From positions 1-32,240 of IMG/VR virus record IMGVR_UViG_3300033146_001876: a stretch of DNA of 32,240 nt, one strand, 5' to 3'. Made by a program: the position numbers and the translations under genes. Positions 17,788 through 24,683 of the stretch are shown here, piece after piece. The notes below the pieces were generated by a model. That model saw only the letters and a program-made list of their open reading frames with translations, made no database searches and was not told the origin of the DNA. Numbering within the stretch: the first letter of the stretch is position 1; the number at the start of each line of letters is the position of its first letter. Source of the stretch: a virus (Duplodnaviria; Caudoviricetes).

Positions 17788-18486
17788 ATGAATTTACCAT
17801 CAAGAAACCAACGACACAAATACGAAGCACAATTAAGTAACCAAATTGTGAAATTTACACCATGGTTGGTTAAAGATGAACAAGAATATATGTATGCCGT
17901 TGAGGGTTTAGAAAATGAATCCGAAGTGATTAACCATATTGAAGAATTATTAAGTAAATGTGTTGATATAGATTTTGATAGTTTAACAGATGTTGATTTT
18001 CTTAAATTAGCAATTGAAATCCGAAAGAAAAGTAAGGGTTCTGAACATGAAGTAGTTTTCACTTGCCGCAATTGCAATCATATTAATGCTGATAATATTA
18101 TCGACTTAGAAGAAGATGTTATTGAAACACGGTCAGATATTAAAGAACCAATTCAAATTAATGATCTTGAATTCAATATTAAAAGTTTATCCCGCAAAGA
18201 ATTAAGTAAATTAAAGAATATTGAAGGGGAAGAAAAGAAAAAATGGGCTTTTATTGTTTATTCAATTAAATCAATTGCGGTTGGAGATGAATTATTTACT
18301 AATCTATCTGAAGAAGATATTGGTAAATTTATTGGGGAAGAATTAGAGAATGATGAATTTAAGGAATTAATTAATGGAATAGGTGAGTATCAAGATTCTA
18401 TAGCTGTTGAAAGTAAATTTCAATGTGAAAAATGTGGAGCTGAAACATTAGTTTATGTAGATAAGATAACTGATTTTTTTGTCTAA
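17788..18486 (+). CDS. gp26: Baseplate hub assembly protein, gp26-like
   Basis: KFTPWLVKDEQ, DFLKLAIEIRKKSKG, two CxxC motifs, ends DFFV; AAGGAG RBS. Confidence 0.75.
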   Translation: MNLPSRNQRHKYEAQLSNQIVKFTPWLVKDEQEYMYAVEGLENESEVINHIEELLSKCVDIDFDSLTDVDFLKLAIEIRKKSKGSEHEVVFTCRNCNHINADNIIDLEEDVIETRSDIKEPIQINDLEFNIKSLSRKELSKLKNIEGEEKKKWAFIVYSIKSIAVGDELFTNLSEEDIGKFIGEELENDEFKELINGIGEYQDSIAVESKFQCEKCGAETLVYVDKITDFFV

Positions 18487-18659
18487 TTGCGTTAGATAGC
18501 ACAATCGAAGAATTATTTAACGCAAAATTTTACCTAAAACAATATGGTGGATATTCAATTATAGAAATGGAACAAATGTATCCATTTGAGTTCGATATTA
18601 ATTATTATTTAACAATAGCACATCGTAAAAAACTACAAGATCAAAAGGGAAGTAAATAA
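18480..18659 (+). CDS. gp51-like hub/tail assembly chaperone segment, probably expressed by -1 frameshift from the gp26-like gene (absent from the ORF track)
   Basis: Open frame CLIALDSTIEELFNAKFYLKQYGGYSIIEMEQMYPFEFDINYYLTIAHRKKLQDQKGSK*; F.LKQ..GYS..EME.M.PFE matches gp51-like proteins; no suitable start codon or RBS; T7 run at 18474-18480. Confidence 0.75.
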   Translation, partial: CLIALDSTIEELFNAKFYLKQYGGYSIIEMEQMYPFEFDINYYLTIAHRKKLQDQKGSK

Positions 18660-18664
18660 TTTTT

Positions 18665-21127
18665 ATGGCTGATAAAGTTGATAAAAATACAAAAGCAACA
18701 CCTGAATATAAAGCAATGCTAAAACGCTTTGATGAATTGAAGAAAATGTCAGGTAGTGTTTATAAAAAAGAAAGAGAAGCTTTCGCATATAGTCAAACTA
18801 TGTTCCAAGCGAAAGAAAAAATTCTTGAAACAGAACTTGAGATTTATAAACAGTCTATTAAAGATAATAAAATAATCACCGCAAAACAAGCTAAAAAACA
18901 AGCTAAAAAACAAGCAGCACATTCGGTTACACAAAAGAAATTGGGCTTAACTGAAGGTGATAAAATATTAGGTAAACACGGTTTAAAAAACATGGGTAGT
19001 ATGGCTATGCAGGGTGGTTTACATGCGCTCGGTGCAGGAACAGAAAACCCATTATTTAACTTGGCTGCTAATGCTTTAGGAAAAAGACGTAATAGAATAA
19101 CCGAAGCACGTCAAAACACATTTGATCATGAAAACAAAAAAAATAAAGATGAAAATGATGAGGATGTAGAATCACAATCTAATAAAAACGAACATTATGA
19201 AACCGCTGCGGGTGAAGGTGAAAGTGCCGATTGTGTAAAAATTTGTGATGATGATAAAGATGATAAAATAAAAGAAATTGTACAAAGTACTGTCTTGGCA
19301 TTACCTGCGCCTGAAAATGATAATGAAACTTTAGCATTACCTGCGCCTGAAAATGTTCTTGATAATGAAACATTGGGATTACCTGCGCCTGAAAATGATA
19401 ATGAAGAACAAAGTGATCGTCAGGCTGATTTAGATTCGGGTATGAATTTAATAGAAGGTGATGCTCAATTTAATCCCATTGATGGAATTACAAAAGATCA
19501 AGGTGTTGAGTTAATAGCAAAAGCAACAACTATGTTGGAATATTTAAAATCATTAAATGAAAATGAAGAAGAATTAGCAATATTCCAAGCACAGATTAAA
19601 GAAGAATTAGACGAAGCTAATAATGCTGCGGAAGAATCTGCTGAAGACAAAAAATTATCACAAGAAAATACACAACTTGAAAATAAAGAGAAAAAAGATC
19701 CCTCTATTTTGAATCTTCCTGGAGCCGATAAAATTGGAGCTAAAAAACCAGGAAAAGCAAGTTTATTGGATAAATTGGGTGATATGGGTTCATCATTAAC
19801 TGGTTTGAAATCCATGTTTAGTTTATTTGGTAAAGGCGGTCCTTTATTAGGAATGCTTACTAAAATCGGTCCAATGTTAACCTCTTTTTCTGGCTTACTC
19901 GGACCTGCTGCTGCGGTTGCGGGTGTTGGTACAGCTGCATATATGGGTGCTACTAAACTCCAGAAAATGTTGGGTATTCTTGATGAAAATGGTAATGCTA
20001 AAGAAGGTGGCTTGGGTGATAAACTATATGAGTTTATGCATGGTTCTTCAGATAAAGTTCAAAAAACTGATGAACAAGCAAGAACAGACTATATTTCTAC
20101 ACTTAAAGCATCTAACAAGGAAACTAAAGGTTCAGAAGGATATAAAAAGATTATGTCTAAGGGTATTCAAGATTTGGATGCTCAAATTAAAATTATTCAA
20201 GCAGAAGCTGATGATCATACTTTTGGAATGACTTCAGAAGAGAAACGAAGCATTAAAGACCTTCAAAAATTAAAAGAAAACTTAGTTGAACGTAAAAATA
20301 GAAAATATGACGAAGAAGGTCATGAAATAAAAACTACTAATGAAAGCTCTGATGAAAGCACCACTAATAAAAGTACAACTAATGAAAGCACAGTCAATAA
20401 ATCAAAAGGTGGAAAACCCAAAAAAAGAGTTAGCAGACTAAGAGAAAAGGCACAAAAGAAAAGAGCGAAAATAAACATACAGGGTGATATAGTAACCAAA
20501 TATGCAGGTGAAAGTGGTAAGATTACTATTAAGATGGGCGAAATTTTTGTTGATGGGAAGAAAAATGACGAAGCAACAAAAGACTATCATGAACAACTAG
20601 TTAAAAGTGGTAATGAAAAAGAAGGTTGGTGGGAACAACAACAAGATGCTCGTTATAATCCAAAAAAATTAACAGATGAAGAGAAATTAGATTTTGATGA
20701 TTCATTTGATGAATGGGATGATCCAGCTAATCATATACAATCAAAGAAAAAAGAAACTGATGATACAACATATACAGAACAAGCTAAAAAACAAAAAGGG
20801 GATGTTAAATCTAAACCAAAAATTACACCAAATGAATTACAACAAAAGAAAATTGATGTAATACCAAAATCATCAAAGAACAAAACTAAAGAACAAGCAC
20901 AATCAAGAGAAAAAGTAATTGAAAAAACAATGAAGAAATCTTCTGAATCAGCTTTAATACAAAAAGAAGTTGAAACACAAGAAAAACAACAACCAATTAT
21001 TATTTCTGCTCCTGCACCAACTCCTGCACCATCTGGTGGAAGTGAAGGAACAAGTAGCAAAACAAATACTAATATTACAACCTCAGATGGTTCTAATTTT
21101 GGTAATAAATTATATGGAGCGTATTAA
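18665..21127 (+). CDS. Probable tape measure / baseplate hub protein (gp29 position)
   Basis: 820 aa, helical and low-complexity, Gly/Ala/Leu hydrophobic central stretch, PIIISAPAP C-terminal motif; between gp26/gp51-like and gp48-like genes. Confidence 0.65.
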   Translation: MADKVDKNTKATPEYKAMLKRFDELKKMSGSVYKKEREAFAYSQTMFQAKEKILETELEIYKQSIKDNKIITAKQAKKQAKKQAAHSVTQKKLGLTEGDKILGKHGLKNMGSMAMQGGLHALGAGTENPLFNLAANALGKRRNRITEARQNTFDHENKKNKDENDEDVESQSNKNEHYETAAGEGESADCVKICDDDKDDKIKEIVQSTVLALPAPENDNETLALPAPENVLDNETLGLPAPENDNEEQSDRQADLDSGMNLIEGDAQFNPIDGITKDQGVELIAKATTMLEYLKSLNENEEELAIFQAQIKEELDEANNAAEESAEDKKLSQENTQLENKEKKDPSILNLPGADKIGAKKPGKASLLDKLGDMGSSLTGLKSMFSLFGKGGPLLGMLTKIGPMLTSFSGLLGPAAAVAGVGTAAYMGATKLQKMLGILDENGNAKEGGLGDKLYEFMHGSSDKVQKTDEQARTDYISTLKASNKETKGSEGYKKIMSKGIQDLDAQIKIIQAEADDHTFGMTSEEKRSIKDLQKLKENLVERKNRKYDEEGHEIKTTNESSDESTTNKSTTNESTVNKSKGGKPKKRVSRLREKAQKKRAKINIQGDIVTKYAGESGKITIKMGEIFVDGKKNDEATKDYHEQLVKSGNEKEGWWEQQQDARYNPKKLTDEEKLDFDDSFDEWDDPANHIQSKKKETDDTTYTEQAKKQKGDVKSKPKITPNELQQKKIDVIPKSSKNKTKEQAQSREKVIEKTMKKSSESALIQKEVETQEKQQPIIISAPAPTPAPSGGSEGTSSKTNTNITTSDGSNFGNKLYGAY
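19298..19405 (+). repeat. Three intragenic copies of ttacctgcgcctgaaaatg (LPAPEN)
   Basis: Copies at 19301, 19337 and 19379. Confidence 0.9.
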
Positions 21128-21939
21128 TGCCTGAATATCAATATCCACTAAATATAAAACATGAGGCACATGTTCACATAACAACTAAAACATATCACTT
21201 ACCAAAAACTGATAATACCACAAGTGAAATTGCTCCAAGTGATAGATTAGCTGAATCATACTTTTATATTCCTTCAGCATTGGTGAATTCGGCTGGTACA
21301 TCTTGGACACCGGAAGATATTAATAATATTGCTCAAGAAATTGTTGCGGGGTCAAAAGGGGTTGATGGATTTTGGAATAATGTCGAAAAATATTCTGGTG
21401 TTGGTGGGAGATTTTTAATTGGTGCTATGGATAAAATAGCTCCAGGCGCAACAAGTAGTTTAACTAAAACAGCTAGTGGTTTGGGTGGTAAATTACTAAA
21501 ACCAAATAGTGTTTTAATATTAAATGAAATTCAACGATTCAATTTGAATTTAACTTGGGAATTAACTCCACAATCTCCTGAAGAAGGAAAGATGGTTCAA
21601 GATATTATCAAAGCTTGGAAAAAATGGTCATTACCAACATTGAAAGTTGATTCAGCTAAAATGTGGTTGGATTATCCTCCTATTTTTGATATTAAAATCA
21701 AAACGGGTATGGCAGGGGTTTCACCTGTTTCTTCAAAATCATTTAATCCTTCTGAAGATTTGTTTGCTTATCAAGATATGGTATTAGAAACATTTTCTGC
21801 TACTTATAATGGTGGAGCAAATGAAGCTTTATTTTATGAAGATGGTACGCCAATCACAACATCTTTTAATTTAGGATTCAAAGCACTTAAACCAGGATGG
21901 AATGAACAATATGAAAATTCTTGGGGAGGACATAGTTAA
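21127..21939 (+). CDS. gp48: Baseplate tail tube cap, gp48-like
   Basis: YQYPL start, RFNLNLTWELTPQSPEEG..VQDII..WKKWSLP, LDYPPIFDI, FYEDGTPITTSFNLGF. Confidence 0.8.
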   Translation: MPEYQYPLNIKHEAHVHITTKTYHLPKTDNTTSEIAPSDRLAESYFYIPSALVNSAGTSWTPEDINNIAQEIVAGSKGVDGFWNNVEKYSGVGGRFLIGAMDKIAPGATSSLTKTASGLGGKLLKPNSVLILNEIQRFNLNLTWELTPQSPEEGKMVQDIIKAWKKWSLPTLKVDSAKMWLDYPPIFDIKIKTGMAGVSPVSSKSFNPSEDLFAYQDMVLETFSATYNGGANEALFYEDGTPITTSFNLGFKALKPGWNEQYENSWGGHS

Positions 21940-21942
21940 TTT

Positions 21943-22473
21943 ATGAGTGAATTAAGAATTAATTATCAGAATTTTAGTTATTTTGATCAATTCAAGGAAA
22001 TGGAACTGGATTTATCAAGATTTTTAGAAACTTTTTCAAAAGAAGAATATGAATTAAAATTTTCTAACCTTCAACCTGTTAAAGTTAATATCAAAAATAT
22101 TTTTGAGCAATATCGAATTTTAGATCGTTACAAAATTGACGGTTCATCTTTCACAAGATATTCAATCCAAAATAATGAATTTTTAGAATATATTAGTTAT
22201 AAATTTTATGATACTGTTGATTTTTGGTGGATTATCGCTGCGTTTAATGATATCCGAAATCCTTTTTTTGATATGCCTTTATCTGAAGATCAAATAATTC
22301 AATATGCTGAAACATTAGAAGATAGAGAAGGTAAATATCCAAAAGATATTTATTACAAGTTATTGTCAGAAGATAACGAAACTAAACGACAAATATTAGT
22401 TCCAAGAAAACGTTTTATAGCAGATATTATTTGGAATTATAGAGAAGCAATGTTAAAGGATTCTAATTTATAA
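21943..22473 (+). CDS. gp53: Baseplate wedge subunit, gp53-like
   Basis: YFDQF, YSIQNNEFLEYISYKFYDTVDFWWIIAAFNDIRNPFFDMPLS, NETKRQI. Confidence 0.85.
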   Translation: MSELRINYQNFSYFDQFKEMELDLSRFLETFSKEEYELKFSNLQPVKVNIKNIFEQYRILDRYKIDGSSFTRYSIQNNEFLEYISYKFYDTVDFWWIIAAFNDIRNPFFDMPLSEDQIIQYAETLEDREGKYPKDIYYKLLSEDNETKRQILVPRKRFIADIIWNYREAMLKDSNL

Positions 22474-23723
22474 TGGGTAATTCATCTGATAAAATGGATG
22501 GTTCTGCCAATCATGGTATAACTAAATTAATGATAAACAAAGAACCGATTACTATTCAAAATATGATCGAAATGAACATATTTGAAAGTCTTACTAATCC
22601 AGCAACAACAGGTTATGCGGTCTTGGCAGATCGTGAAGCTATTTTAGAAAAACGTGAATTGGTAGCGGGAGATTCAATCGAAATTGAATTTACATCTAAA
22701 GCTCGAAAAACTGATACTTTTTCTTATAAAGGTATAATTACCGGAGCAAATGGAAAAACTTCATTAGAATCTACTTTTCCAGTTACCGAAATTCATTTTT
22801 GTTCTGAATGGTGGTTTAAAGCAACAACAAAACAAGTTTCTAAATGTTATAAAAAGAAAACTTGGGCAGATATTATTGATGATTTGATTAATACTGAATG
22901 TGGGGGGAGTTATGCTTCTTACGGTCCTGATCCAACAATTGAATTAGAAAGATTTGTTTGTCCATATTGGACTCCAGCGCATACTATTAAATATTTATTA
23001 GATGGAGCACATGCCGATCCATTAGAAACTGGATATGTTTTGGTTGAAAACATTAATTTTCAAAACACCATTTTAATTTCATTAGACTTATTGTTTCAAG
23101 GTGAATGGGGTATTCATCCATCAAAATTGGTTATTGGTTCACAAAATAAATTATATGAAGGTAATGTAAATGATATCATATTAGAATCATATTTTGATTC
23201 ATTAAAATATATCAATCAGGGTGCTCACCAAAAAGATTTTATCTCATTTGATTATGATAGAACAAATGTTTATACTTCATCCAAAGCTTTTGATAAATTA
23301 GGATTGACACATTTATCTGGATTTGCGCCAATACCTAAAAAACATAATACACCCGAATATAAAAGTGTGGCAAAACATTGGGGTCCTTGGCATCAACAAG
23401 ACAGAAGAACACCAAAACAATTTAAAAATTATATTGATGGTGTGAGAAATGATCATTATTGCCAATTATTTAGTGATATGTTGAAATTTAATGTATTAGT
23501 TCCTGGTGCTACAAATAGAAATGTAGGACAATTATTAAAATTGGAATTTCCAAGCATAAACACAAAAGCAAATTCAACAGAACGACATAAATTTTTAGAA
23601 GGTTATTATCTAATAAGAGAAATAAATCATATTTTTAAAAATGATGTATATGGTCAAGCATTAACACTTTGTAGTGATGGTTTTGGTAAATTAGATAGAT
23701 CATCAGATTTAGTGAAATGGTAA
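22473..23723 (+). CDS. Baseplate hub protein, gp27-like
   Basis: MNIFESL...GYAVLAD, FVCPYWTP..TIKYL, VPGATNRNVGQLLKLEFP, LEGYYLIREINHIF; between gp53 and gp5. Confidence 0.7.
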   Translation: MGNSSDKMDGSANHGITKLMINKEPITIQNMIEMNIFESLTNPATTGYAVLADREAILEKRELVAGDSIEIEFTSKARKTDTFSYKGIITGANGKTSLESTFPVTEIHFCSEWWFKATTKQVSKCYKKKTWADIIDDLINTECGGSYASYGPDPTIELERFVCPYWTPAHTIKYLLDGAHADPLETGYVLVENINFQNTILISLDLLFQGEWGIHPSKLVIGSQNKLYEGNVNDIILESYFDSLKYINQGAHQKDFISFDYDRTNVYTSSKAFDKLGLTHLSGFAPIPKKHNTPEYKSVAKHWGPWHQQDRRTPKQFKNYIDGVRNDHYCQLFSDMLKFNVLVPGATNRNVGQLLKLEFPSINTKANSTERHKFLEGYYLIREINHIFKNDVYGQALTLCSDGFGKLDRSSDLVKW

Positions 23724-23732
23724 AGGAATCTA

Positions 23733-24035
23733 ATGAAAAATAAAGATTATTCAGCTTTCGGGTCAGATGTAGATTTGCGTGGTATTCATATCGCAGAGGT
23801 TATTGATAATAATGATCCAAAAGCTATGGAACGAGTTTTGGTTCGTGTGGTGGGTATTCATGATTTAGAAAATAAAAAATTAGATAATGCTGTTTGGGCT
23901 GATAGATTAGCATTTTCTAAATATTCATCTGGTGATATCCCCGATGTTGGTGATTATATATATGTAATGTTTCCTTTTCATAAAGAACCAATGAAAATTA
24001 TTTGGCTTGGTTGGGTTAGGAGTTTATGGTCATGA
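23733..24035 (+). CDS. gp5: Baseplate spike gp5, N-terminal OB-fold domain as a separate ORF
   Basis: AEVIDNNDP..MERVLVRVVGIH...WA...PDVGDYIYVMF...PMKIIWLG. Confidence 0.85.
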   Translation: MKNKDYSAFGSDVDLRGIHIAEVIDNNDPKAMERVLVRVVGIHDLENKKLDNAVWADRLAFSKYSSGDIPDVGDYIYVMFPFHKEPMKIIWLGWVRSLWS

Positions 24036-24640
24036 GTGATTTCTTAAAAAAAATAGATGAAGAATCTACTACTTCCCGTTATCAACAACAATTAATACCT
24101 GAAGAAGAAGGTAAACCCGCGAGAATTGCCGGAAAATCTAAAGGACAAACCGTACCAGATTCTTTAATAAAATATAATTCTGCTGGTGGAAAAATTAAAG
24201 AAAAAAATATTAAACCACAATTAGAAGCTGGAGAATATGGGAAAGTTCGAGTCATAACCGAAACACATGCTGGTCATGTTATTTTGGTTGATGAAACAAA
24301 AGGTAATGAACGAATTTATATCCTTCATCCTAATGGAACATATACCAATATCGAACCGGATTTAATGACTATTAAAGTCGAAACCGATCAGAAAACTTTC
24401 GTTAATGGAATTAAAGATTCAGAAGTATCAAAAGATCATAATGAGTTTATTCACAAAAATCATAATGTTGAAATTGATAAAAATGAAACTATATTAGTAA
24501 AAGGTGATGAAAAAGAAACAATTAACGGAAATGAAACAATTAAAATCGGAGGTTATTGGAAAAAGAATATTGGGGGTACAACAACAATTACTTCTGGCGG
24601 GGTTATGAAATTAAGAGCCCCAATGATATTTTTAAATTAA
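24032..24640 (+). CDS. gp5: Baseplate spike gp5, C-terminal beta-helix domain as a separate ORF
   Basis: ETHAGHVILVDETKGNERIYILHPNGTY and 8-residue repeats (VKGDEKETINGNETIKIGG); AGGAG RBS at 24018-22 and ATGA overlap. Confidence 0.85.
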   Translation: MSDFLKKIDEESTTSRYQQQLIPEEEGKPARIAGKSKGQTVPDSLIKYNSAGGKIKEKNIKPQLEAGEYGKVRVITETHAGHVILVDETKGNERIYILHPNGTYTNIEPDLMTIKVETDQKTFVNGIKDSEVSKDHNEFIHKNHNVEIDKNETILVKGDEKETINGNETIKIGGYWKKNIGGTTTITSGGVMKLRAPMIFLN

Positions 24641-24675
24641 AAAAAGGAGCCTTTAAAAATTAAAGGCTCCTTTTT
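24641..24675. terminator. Bidirectional intrinsic terminator between convergent genes
   Basis: aaaaaggagcctttaa-aaa-ttaaaggctccttttt hairpin with T-tracts on both strands. Confidence 0.9.
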
Positions 24676-24683
24676 CGTTTCAA

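Noticed and set aside
2762-21060. Short antisense or alternate-frame ORFs in the track (2762, 5349, 7746, 14380, 14947, 17174, 17751, 18749, 19179, 19498, 19917, 20731)
   Set aside because: They overlap well-supported genes, lack RBS and recognisable motifs; shadow ORFs
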